Shown here: in pieces, positions 1 to 13,287 of the stretch
Numbering within the stretch: position 1 is the stretch's first letter
Layout of the letters: every line of letters begins with the position of its first letter
Source of the DNA: Felis catus
Lineage: Eukaryota
DNA: 64,000 nucleotides
Reading direction: 5' to 3'
Assembly: GCF_018350175.1 (NCBI RefSeq)
Contig: NC_058383.1
Location: 27,902,001-27,966,000 of the forward strand
The notes under the pieces: model-generated
Databases searched by the model: none
Told to the model about the DNA's origin: nothing
The model's input: the letters and a program-made list of their open reading frames with translations, nothing else
Translations under genes and position numbers: made by a program

Positions 1-292
1 GAGAAAGAGCCACAAACAGTTGCACACCTCAAGTCCGTGCCACAGCAGCTTCTGTGTGGCAACGAACACTTGACAAGTCCTGCCTCAGCAAACCGCCAAG
101 GAGGAAACACAAAAACAAAAATGAGCAACTGTATGGCGAAGCTCAAGTAAAGAGAAAGGGGACACTCTTGACGAGAGAATCTGGTGTAGATTCACAACCA
201 AGAATCACCAGCCACGTGAGGAAGTCTGGAGCTACCAGCGAGGCCCCCTGGCCACAACTCAAGAAGGAAACATTGTGCAAAATGGACAGGAG

Positions 293-639
293 TGTCTTCG
301 TTCAGTTCAAGCCATGCTCTACCAAAACTGCCTAGGCCTGAACACCAGGAATTTACTTCTGATGGTTCTGAGGCCGGAAGTCCATGGTCATGAGTGTCCC
401 CGTGGTCAGGTTCTGGTGAAAACTCTCTTCCTGGTTTACAGACTGGTTTTCAGGGAGAGGGGACACTCAGGCCTCTTTCTCTTCTTATAAGGACATTAAT
501 CCCATCATGGAGGGTCCACTCTCATGACCCCATCTAAACCTCATCACCTCCCAAAGGCCCCACCTACTAGAGCCATCCCACTGCAGGTTGGGGCTACAAG
601 ATATGATCTGGGGGAGATACAAACATGCAATCCAAAACA
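293..639 (-). mobile_element. MaLR solo LTR, MLT1A/B-like
   Basis: Diagnostic blocks TCTTATAAGGACATTAATCCCATCATG, CACCTCCCAAAGGCCCCACC and AAACATGCAATCCAAAACA; homologous to 47648-47999 and 52806-53185 in this window. Confidence 0.75.
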
Positions 640-849
640 GGAAGGCCCAGAGAAGTTGCATCTGCCCATTCCTTTTTTACCACTCCCAAAGAGAAGGAAG
701 ATGAGGCATCGAAAACAGGTGATGACAATCCACAAGAATGCCCTGAATGCTTTTATTTGAGAAGCTATGAGCAAAAGCTGGAAGGGTGGACACATTTCAA
801 GCACTGCCTTGAAAATGGACAGAGGATGGCACGAAAAGGCACTGAGCCT

Positions 850-1010
850 CTGCCACTGAGCTGTGTGGACTTACAAAGTTACTTAACCTCCTTGAGCCTT
901 GGTTTCTTGTGCGTGCAATAGAACAATGTACAATCTGCCTCAAAGGGTTGTTACAAAGACTGAGAAGATCGTACAGTAATGTGCTTGTCCAAGTAGCAAA
1001 ATGTCGGAGC
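850..1010 (+). mobile_element. MIR SINE fragment
   Basis: Core AAGTTACTTAACCTCCTTGAGCCTTGGTTTC...CCTCAAAGGGTTGTT. Confidence 0.65.
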
Positions 1011-1169
1011 AAGGAAGAGAGTCATGAAAATAAGAAGAATGACAATGACAGTAAGTCCTTCAGTGGGATGAACATCAACTTGGTTGTCCCAGGAAATTTC
1101 AACCTTGGCTCTCTGACTCCACTTCCCATGACCCTGTTCTTGCCTGAACTTTGCTTCATTCCAGCTACA

Positions 1170-1540
1170 GTGGACTTTTTGCCCTTATTTGAATGTGACA
1201 GGCATGCTCATGTCTCAGTGCCCAGGCACTTTGGGGCTCCCTCTTCATGGAATGCTCTTCTCGGGATCCAAGGGCATGTCTTGCCCAAGTATTATTAACT
1301 CATTGAAACCCTCCATAACTCCCTACTTGAAAAAACAATAGCCACCCTCACTCTGCACTCTCTATCCTCTTTCCTTTATGCTTCACAGGGCACCTATCAT
1401 CTCCTGTTATACAAAATAATGTACTGATTTATTTTTATTGTGTGTTCTTCCCTTTAGAATATTTTCCCAAACTGAGATGAACCTCCAGCCTGTATCAACA
1501 CCAGGCATACACTATGCACTTAGCATTATGTGTTATTTGT
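1170..1540 (+). mobile_element. L2 LINE 3' fragment
   Basis: CCCTCTTCATGGAATGCTCTT and CAGGGCACCTATCATC resemble the L2 3' end; heavily diverged. Confidence 0.5.
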
Positions 1541-2319
1541 GCTGTCCTGTTGTTACAGTGACTTCATATTTCTTTTCTCTGACCCACTGCTTATTAATTT
1601 TAGATTTTAGCAACAGGGGGTGGCTTATTTCTAAATTCTGGACATCCTGCACCTTCTATACCCCTTACTCACACATTCCAAGACTCCATGAGAAAACATC
1701 CTGAAAAGTTCATTGTCAAAGTGCAACCCTGCAAAGACCTGTCCCTACTTCAATCTTATGTCATATCACATCACACTTCTTGAGCTTTGGAGCTGCTTGG
1801 ACATTTACCCGTGGAAGGTGACCAGCATCCAAAAATGTCCAAGACTCACAGAATCGTCGCCATACATTCCAGCTAGTGTTGTGCCTCTGCAACCATGGGT
1901 CCACGTGTGGCTATGAATGTCAGCCTGGCTTTATACATCTTGCACCGCCTCTGTGTTTTCTCAGGGGGAAGGTGGGTTCTTCATTTAAGCTGGAATACAG
2001 CTTGTGTGATGCTGCGTAAGTAATACAGAAGTATACATACTGAGCTCTATCAAGAGCCCTTGCACTTGGTGAGAAGCAATGGTTTGCAAGTAGTTATAAC
2101 ATCTAAATTCCTCGGACAATTTATGACTCCTTTTGCAACATGGTGACAAAACATGGGGGCCATTTTAACATCAGATTTTATTTTGATGAAAATATCAAAA
2201 TTTCCAGAGGTAAGAGAGTAAGTATCCAGCTACAAATTACCTGGGAGATACACCTTCCATTCCCTCCAGGGAAAAGGGCTCACAAGCACTGGGAACTTTC
2301 ACAGTATTAGTACCCATGA

Positions 2320-2500
2320 TGGGCACTTAAAAAAAAAGTGCTATCCCACTTCACGTCCACTGTGAGGGCACAACAAGGTAAGTTCCACTGGCCCCATTTT
2401 TCAGATTTAAAAAATGAAGGTTTAGAGAGGTTAAGATCATTGCACAAGTGGGTGCATGTAGCCCGAAGCAGGGCTAGAAGTCAAAGCTATGTCTGCACTT
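2320..2500 (-). mobile_element. MIR SINE fragment
   Basis: CCCCATTTTTCAGAT...GAAGGTTTAGAGAGGTTAAG is the antisense MIR core. Confidence 0.65.
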
Positions 2501-3117
2501 TTTCTACTACAAAGGATGGGATCTGGGGAAGACCAACTTCTCAAAGAATAAATACATGGGAGAACTGGTAGAACTTCTCCTGCGTGATCCCTGAAGGAGC
2601 TGTTCTGAAGCCACCACAGCCAGAGCAAGGGGGTATGTTCGGTCCAGGTAGGTCCCTCACTTCATTTAGAAATTGATCACTGCCCCTGGTTGACTCAGCT
2701 CATTGAAGGCATTTGATTGAATCCACTCATCCACAATTTCTAATTTGCTTCCACAAGCCAACAAAGGAAAGGATGTGTTCATCCACTTGACCTTGGAACT
2801 AGCTCACCCTTGATCTCCATGCTCTTATCAGATCATCCAGTTAGGGAGAAGTCCTCCCAGCCATGTCTGGCAAACGGAGCACCTCTCCCGCAAAGCTGGC
2901 AGCTTTTAAAGAGCCACCAACTTAACATAAGAGATGAGATGAGACAGTTGGAGGAAAAGAGTACCCGGGAAAACCTAAAATACACGGGGACGGCATAGCA
3001 ACTCGTATTTCCCAGGCTCCTCCAAAACAGGAGCATTCTCTCAACATGACTGTCTTAAGAAGCGAAGCACCTTTTCCTCAGCCTTGACTTTTAAGTGGCT
3101 GGAAATACAGAAGACAA

Positions 3118-3366
3118 GAGTGATGAAGAGCCTTGGCAGAGAGTCAGCCAGACCACGGGGTCTGACTCCCGAGTCCACTGCAAACCAGCTGTGGGACATG
3201 AGCAACTACTTAATGTCTCCAAGCCTCAGTTTCTTTATCCCTAGAAGAGGAATAAACTTAGCATCTCCCTGTCATCAGGTCATGAGTGCTAAGTGAAGAA
3301 ATACAGGAAAGCTCTTGACACAGGGCCCAGCACACACAAAGTACTCAATAAACGTTGGCTATTACT
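3118..3366 (+). mobile_element. MIR SINE, near full length
   Basis: AGCCTCAGTTTCTTTATC core and 3' end AAGTACTCAATAAACGTTGGCTATTA. Confidence 0.75.
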
Positions 3367-3524
3367 TCCAAGAAAGAAAAAGGTTAGCTAGGCTATAAAT
3401 TTTATAGGCCAACAGCAGCAGTGAAAATGACTCTTCGCCATACCCTGAATCTTCTTTTCTTCATCGATATGCTTATCATTTCTGAATGTGAAGCCTCTCT
3501 AATTTACTGTTTGGGGGTCTACGG

Positions 3525-4600
3525 GATAAAGTTCCCCAGGACTCTTCCCTCTGCACCCTGCTTGACTCATGTTCCTCCTGGACAATCTCATCCATGTTAT
3601 TATGGTTTTAGCCAACCTACTCATTCCCTCAAATATTTATTATCTATTTGCCACCAATTACTGAACCCTGCATATGAAGCGAAGGCACCGTATATCTTGC
3701 TCCTCTCCACCTGGATGCCCCAGGTGCCCAAAACTCAAAGTGTCCAAAACATGACTTTCTGTATTTGTCTTAAAACATGGCTTCTCTCCCTGCCTCCTTT
3801 CTGGGTCAGTGGCTCCACCAACCACCCAAACTGGAATCATTCCAGACTTCCTTTCCCTCCCCTCACTCTCACACCCAACCGATCCCCAATTCTCACACAC
3901 TCCAGGTCTGGATGGCTCTCCCAGACCATTTTTCTCCATTCCCAGCTGATTCTGACTCATACTTGGGGCTCAGAGCATCTTCCCTAGAATACTACAGAAA
4001 CCTCCATGTGGCCTCACACTTCCAGTCTTGCCCAGCATAGCCCCACACATAGCACAGAGGCATCCTCTGAAACTTGATTCTGAATCTGCCAATTTCCTAT
4101 ATAAAAACCTTCAAGGATACATGGAACCTCCAAAATAAAGTCTCTGCTCCTTAGCCAGGAGGGCCTACCATGATCCAGCCCTACCTATGTACCCAGCCCT
4201 ATCTGTGGCCATTACTTACCAAACCCCATCACATGAGATGCTACTGCCTACCTACAAGCCCCCCATGTCTTTTCCTACCTCCATGCCTTTGAATACGCAA
4301 TTCTTTGTGCTCACATTTCCCTCTCACTCCTTGGCTGCTCAGCTAACACCTAATCATCATCGTTCAGGAGTTCAAATCCGCCCCCCTTCCCCTCACTACA
4401 CGTAGGTCTTTGCTGATTCCCACTCCCCAGGCTATATAAGGCCACCTTCCTCTGTGTTCCTTCCAACATGTTTCTTCTGTGGTAAGTATGACCCAGTATT
4501 TATAATTTTCTCTTTCTTCTTCTATCTTTATCCTTTCACAACCAGCCAGTCATCTCTTTAGGACAGAGATTCTGTCTTTCCTATTTCCACTGTCACTCAT
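3525..4600 (+). mobile_element. L2 LINE fragment
   Basis: C/T-rich stretch with L2 motifs CTCCACCTGGATGCCCCAGGTGCCCAAAACTCAA, CCTACCTCCATGCCTTTG; explains the spurious 3421..3987 ORF. Confidence 0.6.
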
Positions 4601-4842
4601 GTTGTAAGGATAAAAAAAATTTTTTAAGTTATTACAACTGAGCAAACCAGAAATTTCTGAAAGCAAATGTTTTATGCATATGGGAGGTTAATAATAATGA
4701 TAATAACAACATGAACTATTTTTAAGTGCTTAATATGACTCAACACTTTATAGGTATAGCTCATTTAATCCTTGTAACTGTTCCATGAGGAGGTCCTATT
4801 TTTGTTCTCTTTTTAGATGAGGCCAATGAGGCACAGAGAGAT

Positions 4843-4870
4843 TGTACATGCATGTGCATGCGCGCGCGCG

Positions 4871-4926
<56 letters not shown>
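4843..4926. repeat. Compound (CG)9(CA)24 microsatellite within 84 bp of alternating purine-pyrimidine, between two opposed MIR fragments
   Basis: Read directly; (CG)9 at 4861-4878, (CA)24 at 4879-4926. Confidence 0.95.
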
Positions 4927-4928
<2 letters not shown>

Positions 4929-6649
4929 GTTTTAGAGTCAGGAAGTCATAGTCCCTAATGTGGTTCTGTCATCTACCTTCTAGGTGACCTCGAGGCAATT
5001 CGCATAGTCTACATTTGTTTCTTCATCTCTGGGATGTGGAAAGATTTACTGTGATAATTAAAAATACTATTTATAAAATTACTGGAACACAGTAGATACT
5101 TCATGTGAATGCCTGTTTCCTCAAACAATGTCCTCTGATAATGTGTCCAAACTCTGTTCAGGAACATCATTAAATTCTTAAATTGGAGAAGAGGACCTCT
5201 GGTTGGCTGGTTTAGCTCTGGCTCATCCAATGGACCAGCTCTGAGTGTCTCCCATCCTTGCCCCCCTATTTCCTCCATAGCCTCCCACCTACATGAACTT
5301 CATGGATAAGGTGGGACTCAGGGTGAACAATCCAGGATGGGGTTAGAGTAAGCCTAACACCGTTCTCTTGAAAAATACAAAAAGCCTAACGCTTACCAGT
5401 TTGATTCTGAGGTTGTGAAACAAATGCATAAGAGTTGGATGTGTATTTTGGTCAACTACTCCGAAAAGCTGTTTCCAACGCCAGAGACCTAGGTGCGGAA
5501 GCCCAGAGATCCAACATAGGTGGGGATTTGCCATGATCAGATTTAAACAACAATCTGTTTGTCTGGAGATGCTGAAGCTGTCTTCCCATCAGCTCTGGTT
5601 CCCTCCCCATCCTGCTTCAGCCCCTCCCCCGCTTCTCAGAGAGGAATACATTGACATTTCAAAACGTATTGATTACAGGAGCAGACTAGGTTTGGGCAGG
5701 GGAAGGGGAAGAAATTGATTGATTTTATTATTTGTGGGAGGAAAAAAGAAGAACAAACAACAGTGCTTTTGTTTGGAGGACAAAACCAAAATTATCGGTT
5801 GAATGGGGCTGAATTAAGCACTTAAAGTTCAATCTTTCCAGAGTGCTGACAATGCAGGTGGAGATCAATACAGAAACAATTTGCACCGTGGGGAACCTGG
5901 GCTCTGGTTATTAACAACTAATTATACCAAGTTTTCTGCAGGATTGGGTTAGTTCTCTTAAAGGTTGTGATACAGCAGGACTCACAGGCAATGTCAGATT
6001 CAGGGCAGGGATCTATCTGGTTCCCAGAGCAACGAATCCACAGCTCAAGACCAGGGAACTTGCTGACACTTCTGTTCTGTGGAGCGCACTTCACAGTCTG
6101 ACACTCACAAATAAGGGTATAGGAAACCCGCCCTATTTTGAACAGAATTTTAAAATAAGATTACCAACGGCAAGGCAGCAGCATCAGCATGGCCACATCA
6201 GTGGTTAAAATATTGAAATCCTTCCATACTTGATAATCAACAGCTACTCGTAGGACTTCCCAGACCCCCACTCTACCCGGATGTAAGAAGCAAAGGGCTA
6301 ACTACCTGGCACAGTAAGGGTCGGTGCTCCAGGGTGTGCCCCAACATCCATTCTGATAAGTCATGCCCGTGCCCTATGGGTGGTCAAATACTGTGATTAT
6401 CACGCTGACCACAGACAGTGGCTTTTTTGTAATCAGTTACTTATCAGCAGCCAGTCTACAAACCCAGAGGCCTTCCTGTGGGGGGCATATTTATTGTATA
6501 TAAAGTCACCCACACATATGTATGTGCACGCATATACCTATATACAAATGCACATATGTCTAGTTAGATATAGCTACATGTATAGTTATATATTATATAT
6601 AATCTTACACATACATATAGAGCAATAGTTTAATAAACTCGGTATGTTT

Positions 6650-6890
6650 CAGAGATATTTCCATGTTAGCACATATAAATTTATCTCATCTTTTTATCAG
6701 CCACAAGGCACTCAACTGTAATTCAGCTTCTCCCTTATTGATGGATATTCAGATTGCTCCACAAACAATGCTGTAATGAACATCTTGAACATACATTACT
6801 CCACACACACCTAAACATTTCTGTAGGATAGATTCCAAGAAGTGGAACTGCTCGATTAATGGAGACGTGTGTTTCTGATGTTGACAGATC
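6650..6890 (-). mobile_element. Old L1M 3' fragment
   Basis: ACAAACAATGCTGTAATGAACATC...TAGATTCCAAGAAGTGGAACTGCT is antisense L1 ORF2 end/3'UTR. Confidence 0.6.
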
Positions 6891-8659
6891 CCGAGAAACT
6901 AGTCATACTTTCTTTTATACGTGAATGACACCATATGTGCCCCATTTACCTGGATGGTTTGCAGAAATTAACCCCTCTCAAAGGGGTCTCTAGTCAGTCT
7001 GAAGAGTGTCCATGATAGGTCCATCTGCATTTAACAATTAGAGTCCACCAAGCTCTTTCAGGTCTGCTCTGGCACACATTTTCCCACAAAGAGGCTGAGG
7101 GAAGCTTCACTGCTTCTTTGAGCCAACAGATTATTCCAGATGCCGCCAAAGCATCCAATCTGTTGGGCTGAGAATAGCAAATAGCAAGATTCCCTGCAGA
7201 GACTGGGAGAATGGTACTCTCACCAGTCGTGTGTCATCAATTGTTACCCAGGCCCTGAAGCTGCTTTGCTGGTCTCCGGAGCCATATAAAGTTCTTCTGA
7301 CAGTTCTGACAACTTCTGGCCACCACACCTTGCCTGGGATATCCCAAGCCTCCCGTGAAAAACAGCTGTCAGTTTCCGTCCCTCCAATCAGAGGACATTA
7401 GACCCAGCACAGAGGGCTAGACAGAAAACAGATGCCCGTCTGTCCCCTCTGTCTTCCTCCCCGCCATAACAAAAGCTCCAGAGCCTGGGAAGGGACAGAG
7501 GAGAGGGAAGTAATGCTCACAGTAAAAGCATCTAGACCCTCAGCTCAGTCAGCCAAAAGGCCCCACTACACAAGCATTTTTATTCATTCCGCAAAGGACC
7601 TGAGGCAGCTTCTGAGAAGGTACACAACACAGTAAAATTGGAAAATGTAATTAAAAGACAAAGCCAGGGGAAATCTATATATGGGACAGGAAATGAAGAC
7701 CAAAAGGAAATGCATCTGGGTTATGCACAATTTTTATGTATTTCAACACCAACTGGACCCCAAACTCCCTGGCGGCCAAAGCTAAAAAAAATTGGGAGGA
7801 GTTAGTATCCAGAGCCACTATGTTCATGAAGAGAATTCCCACAGTTATGCTTTCAGGACAATCATGAAGAGAAAATAGGAAGACGACGCAAACCGCGATT
7901 TCTCAGAACGGTTGTCTCTCCTCTGAACAAGGACCCCAGGGGCCGATCCTCCCCCCAACCAGCCAGGCAAGACCTCTCTGAGCCGACCTGATGCACTGGG
8001 CCCCACGTTAGTGCCCCCCACAACGTCCACTCCACTCAGGCTGCCCCTCGCCCTCGCCCTCCCTTTCCTCAGCGGAAAACCAACAAAAACCCAAGCAGCC
8101 AAGACCCTCCCAGGAAGCCCTCCAAGACTTCCCGAGGTCTTCTGCTTAGTCCTCCAGGGTACTCAGCAATTCTGTCCAGCTACCTGGCTAACCAGGTGTG
8201 TTTCTGACCTCTCTTTTCTAATCCTCTTCCACATACACACCAGGAAAAGTCAAACGGGGTGAGCAAAATTACACTGAAAGACCAGAGTTCAGACATGAGA
8301 CTTACCATCCATCTTCTAGATCCACAAAATGAGGGGTCAGACTCCAAAAGAGAAACTCTTTCCACCTCTGACAATATTCCTTCTTCTGACTGGCAGAGGC
8401 CCTGCTTTCCAGGGTGGGGGAATTTGCAGACATCTGTAAACCACGGCTACTTTGATGAAGGGGCCAAGCAGGGGGCTCTCTACGATGGGGCCATTTCACC
8501 TTATTTTTTGCTTGAAATGTTTCACCCTGCCAGTGCCCTCATCAACCCCACCCCCAGGGTTTTCCCAGCACTATCGTGCTGACGTAGTTACAAAGATGAA
8601 CTGCAGACTTAGAGGCAGTAGATTCCTTTAGCAGGCAGAAACAAAAACAAAACAGAGGA

Positions 8660-8661
8660 AT

Positions 8662-8696
<35 letters not shown>
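8660..8696. repeat. (ATTT)n microsatellite
   Basis: Read directly. Confidence 0.95.
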
Positions 8697-10069
8697 GTCT
8701 CTTCCTTTCCTTACAATAAATTGTTGCATAAAACCTGTAGCCAGTTTACCCATCTGAGGTGGGCTGGAGTCCCAGGTGTGTCCTGGAAGCCGAGCATTGG
8801 GCGCCATCTAGGTGCAGAGGGTGGTACTGCAGGTACCAATCCTTGAGTTTCACCTGCCGGTTCTTGCAGACCCTTCCCCTCCACCATCGCTTCTCCCATT
8901 GCCTGAAGGTATCAGTAGCAGCGATGTGCTACGGCGGCGGGGAGCCTTGGGCTTTGAGGCCAGACCCTGCCATTAACTGTGGGGTCTTGGGCAAGTGGTT
9001 TCCTTATCGCAAAATGGGGATAATCACACCCATTTTACTGGAGGACTGGAGGATTAAGTAGGAAAAACTACATAATCTGGCATGTAACACAGGACCAGTA
9101 AATCTTCATTCCCTTCCCCCACTGCCCCATAAATTTACTCAGCCCACAGCCAAGTGACTCCAGAGGGCTTGTTTTGCTGATGTGTAAACCAAGGATGAGG
9201 GACCGCCAAGGCTGTTGGAAACAGAGGGAACATAACCAAGATACCCAACTCCGGACACATAGTGAATGCTCAACTACTAACAGGAAGGGAAGGAAACTGT
9301 AAATCGGGCCCTGATCAGTTACATGCACTGAGGTTATATGAACACATAAGACGGTTATAAAGACAAGACAGTCTTGTAGTGAGAGAGCCAAATGTAAATA
9401 AAAACACAATAAATTAGATGTATGAACAAAGCACATGTCAAATAGCTTTCTAGACTGTGTCAATTACTTCACTTAATTTCCATATGCACCTAGCAACAAA
9501 CTATTGTCACCCCAAATTGTGAGCCAGGGGAGGCTCAGAGAAACTAAGGGGACACACCCTGAATTTACGCTGTGTCCCCACCTCTCCTCTGCTATTCCAG
9601 ATGTGACCCATCCTCACTTTCTTCCCCAAAAAAGGATTCCCCATTTCTGCTGCTGAAACAGAACAAATTCACAACCTGACTCTTCCTTCCCAACTCTCAC
9701 CTCTTCCCTTGCCTCCAGTACTTGGTCGGCCTGAAGTCCAGTCTATTCCAATTCTCCATGCCTGTCCCACCCAAACCTTCACATTTCTCCCTTAGGGAGA
9801 TTCTTCCACTCCACCTGTGCAGGAGCCTTGTACCTGGGCTCTCTGTTCTGCTCTTCTCCCTCCAATCTCTCCTGGCAGAACTCCCCCGGGGATCGCACGC
9901 CATCAGCAGGTCCTACTGTGAGTCTAACGTCTCTAGTCCGCTCACTTTCCTCCAACAAGCTTTTCCCAACTACCCTACCCCTCAAGCATCTCTGCTTTCC
10001 CTAAACACAGACAGGTAGCTACCAATTCTGCCTACATACTAAAATAACCTGGGGAAGCTTTACAACACA

Positions 10070-10420
10070 GTTTGCCAATAAGCACATGAAAAGATGCTTG
10101 ACATCATTAGCCATCAAAGAAATGCAAATCCAAGCCAACACACAACGCCCGCTAGAATGGACATAGTAAAAAACTATGGACAACGATGCGGGCTGTGAAG
10201 ACAGGCAGAAACTTGAATTGTCACGTACTACTGGTGAGAATCTCAAATGGTGCAGTCACTTTGGAAAACAAAAGCTGGAAGTTCCTCAAAAGGTGAAGCA
10301 TATGAGTTAACCATAAGATCCAGCAACTCCACCCTTTTATCTATATCTAAGAGAATTAAAAACAGATATCCATGTAAAAACATACACACAAACGTTCATA
10401 ACAGCATTATTCAAAATATC
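10070..10420 (+). mobile_element. Old L1M ORF2 3' fragment, probably interrupting a MER5-like hAT remnant
   Basis: GCCAATAAGCACATGAAAAGATGC...AAATGGTGCAGTCACTTTGGAAAAC; flanks 10020-10065 and 10420-10520 look like two halves of MER5. Confidence 0.65.
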
Positions 10421-10779
10421 CAATCATTCTGGATTAAAATTCCTTGCGTGGGGCCCAACAATCTGCACATTTAACCAGGGTCCCTTTTCAGACATTTTTC
10501 AAGTTGACAAGCACTGACCTGCAGAATCGAATGAATCCCAGGTTTATGTCACAGCCAACAGGACTATACCTTTAGGACCCGGCTGCACCTGCATCTCTGA
10601 CATCATCTGTCACCGGTCCTGCGCAGCCTCGTGCAGCTCCACCAGCACCTACTGCTCTCACGTAACAGAAACGACCTCTCCTTTTCCCTTCACTTGGCTC
10701 CTAAAACCGGCCTCCAGGCCTCCACTCCAGTATCACCTCCTCTGGCAAAGCTTCCCGGGGCTCCTAACCTCCTACAAAT

Positions 10780-10988
10780 GTACTTCTCAACCAGGAGCAA
10801 CTGGGCTCCCCAGGGGACACCTGGAAAATATGGAGATAATTTTCATTGTTACAACTAGGGGTAGGGAGGTACTACTGTCACCTAATGGGTAGAGTCCAGG
10901 GATGCTACTAACATCCGACAATACACAGGACAACCACACTCACACACACACACACACGTCAGTAGTGCTGACAGTGAGAAACCCACAG
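10780..10988 (+). mobile_element. MER20 hAT DNA transposon
   Basis: TTCTCAACCAGG...CCCCAGGGGACACCTGG...GGGTAGAGTCCAGGGATGCT...TGAGAAACCC. Confidence 0.75.
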
Positions 10989-11494
10989 TAGTCATGTGAG
11001 TTCCTCAATGGCAGAGAATGTGTAAGACTCAACCATGTATCCTCACTATCAAGCAGAGAGCCTAGAACACAATAGAGGTGCAGTAAATATTAGTGGAATG
11101 GATTATCTGTTCCCCTCACCGAGCACTTAGGTGTGTTCATTTACACTCTACCTTATTCAAGAAAAGAACTGTAGCTGCTAACAAAAACCTATGCAATACA
11201 AAAGAGTAAAGTAAGCGAGAGAATCTTAGCCTGAGAAGCGGAGATGAAGCCACAGGTGGTCGGAGGTCAGGTAAGCATCAGAAATGGTGATTATAGTGAT
11301 TGTAACCATAAGGTCAAGATGGGTGGAAACTTGACTCAGGTTCCTGTGGGACACAGCAATAAGGGAAACATGAGATTCACGGATCCATCCAACACAAATA
11401 CCTCAGTCGCTCAAGAGAAGCACAGCTTTCTCAGGTGCTGGCACATGACTGCACTGGGAGTGAAGTAGGCAACCGTCTCAACGGCAACCAGACA

Positions 11495-11974
11495 CCAGGA
11501 GACTTTGGTGACTATTTCCCAAAACTCCCCCTGGGTTCTTCTCGCCTCCCTGACCTCATCCTCTCTGCCAGGTACCAGGTAGTTTCTTCCCACCCCTTGA
11601 GAATGGATGAAGACAGATGTGACGCTAGCAGGAGACTGAGAAGGGTTTCTGCAGCTGTTTTTGGCATCACTGCCATCACCACGAGGGGACCTTGCCTGGC
11701 TAGCCCCTATCCGAAGAGGACGAGAGACACGTGGCACTGGGCTGGCCCAAGTTAACCCACAGCCCTGCAACTCCAGCAGAACGACCCAGCTCGCCCATCG
11801 TAGCCCAGCCAATCCCCCCGAGGCCCTCCAGCTGCACGAGCAAACCCAGCTGAGTTTCGCAGGCCTCCCCAGCCATCTCCCCAGAGCATGAGCTACATCC
11901 ACGCTCACCACCACATGCCAGACTACGGGAAGGTCTGTTATGTGGCATTACTCTGGCAACAGCTAACTCAAACA
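11495..11974 (+). mobile_element. MaLR solo LTR (older MLT1 type)
   Basis: 3' end GTTATGTGGCATTACTCTGGCAACAGCTAACTCAAACA typical of MLT1; subfamily uncertain. Confidence 0.5.
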
Positions 11975-12619
11975 TCTCCCTGGCGCAAAGGTGAAGGGGA
12001 ACACCAGTGCTTGGCAACCACACGTAAATCAACGTGAGCCACTTTTTCAGGGCTAAGATGGAGCAAACTGCTCCGCGCTGAGTCTCTGAATGGGGAGGAA
12101 CTCCTTCACGACAGGCCACGGTTCCCCCAAGGGACCCCCGCAGAGCTGGCACTTAAAGATGCCCGAGGCAAATGCGTCCATCAGCATTTGACTGGGAACA
12201 CGACCAACCAGAGGCATTCTAGCCAAAAGCTGCAACGAACCAAAGTGAAAATGCGGGCAAAATGGGACAATCGATTGAGTCAGTCTAGAGATCCAGATGT
12301 TCTAAACGCCCTGCGTCACATCAGATCCGCCAGGGGACCCAAAACAGATGATGCGGCAGCAGGATTCCCAGTCTTAGTTCCCATGTGATATCCTGCATAT
12401 GGCTGGGTCCTTTCCAACCACCTCACACCCCTCAGGAAGAGATCCAAGAACTCTCTTGATCTCTCCCTCTTGCACATGGCTCCACTTCCAACTCAGAGAG
12501 ACTATTTCTGTACTTCCCTCCATTAGGTGACAGGCCTGGGATCTCTGGCTTGCCTGCTCAGAAATTAAAAGGCTCAGCCCCATCGACACTTATATTCCCT
12601 CAATTCCTCATGCACCACA

Positions 12620-12860
12620 ACTGTTAAAGGCATGAACTGGGCAGTCAGGCAGTCCTGCGTTTCTACCACAGCTCTGCCACTTATGTGCTACATGACCGTA
12701 GGGAGGCACTTAACCTGAGCCTCAGTTGTCTTAACCATACAATGGACATAATAATATTTATCCACCTTAGACGTGATAGCATTAAAAACGGTAAGACCTA
12801 TAAAGTACTTAGCAGAGCCCCTGGCATATAGTCGGTTTTTAGTGAACTTATGCTATTATC
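12620..12860 (+). mobile_element. MIR SINE
   Basis: CTCTGCCACTTA...CACTTAACCTGAGCCTCAGTT...AAAGTACTTAGCAGAGCCCCTGGCATATAGT. Confidence 0.7.
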
Positions 12861-13149
12861 ACTTGGCTGTGAAGTCAGAGAAGACTAGTCAGAGAGACTT
12901 TCTGTGGGTGGAACAGGGAGCGAGGCAGGAGGACCTACTATGAACACCTACTGTGTGCTAACAGGGGAGCTAAGCACTTTAAATATGCTGTCCCATTTAA
13001 TCCTCACCACCACACCCTGCCTGGTTATCATTGCTGCTGTAACAGAAAATCAAGTGGGAATTTCCCTGTAGTTCTGGCATTGATGACTGCGGCAAGCACT
13101 TGGCTCCCAGCTCAGGGCAGGAGATCTCCGAGAAAAACTGCTTCTAGAA

Positions 13150-13287
13150 AGGATGATCACACATCCCATGCCTGCCCGGGATGGTCCCAATTTATACCTG
13201 TTGTCTTAGGACAACCATGAATAAGTCTCAGCTCCCTTTCACACTTGCAAGTGTCCAAGTTTGGACAATAAATTATATGGTCAACTA
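13150..13287 (+). mobile_element. MER94-like non-autonomous hAT (Blackjack) element
   Basis: Degenerate terminal inverted repeats AGGATGATCA / TGGTCAACTA; internal CCTTTCACACTTGCAAGTGTCCAAGTTTGGACAATAAATTATATGGTCA. Confidence 0.65.

Noticed and set aside
3421..4040. 188-aa and overlapping ORFs
   Set aside because: Lie in decayed L2 sequence; no recognisable protein.
7224..7416. Possible minus-strand exon (acceptor TGTTTTCTGTCTAG, donor CTG|GTGAGA)
   Set aside because: Stops in all three frames; splice-like motifs alone are common. Only RNA-seq could rescue it as a non-coding exon.
11411..12152. Cluster of overlapping 76-167 aa ORFs
   Set aside because: GC-rich MLT1 LTR sequence open on both strands; no domain.
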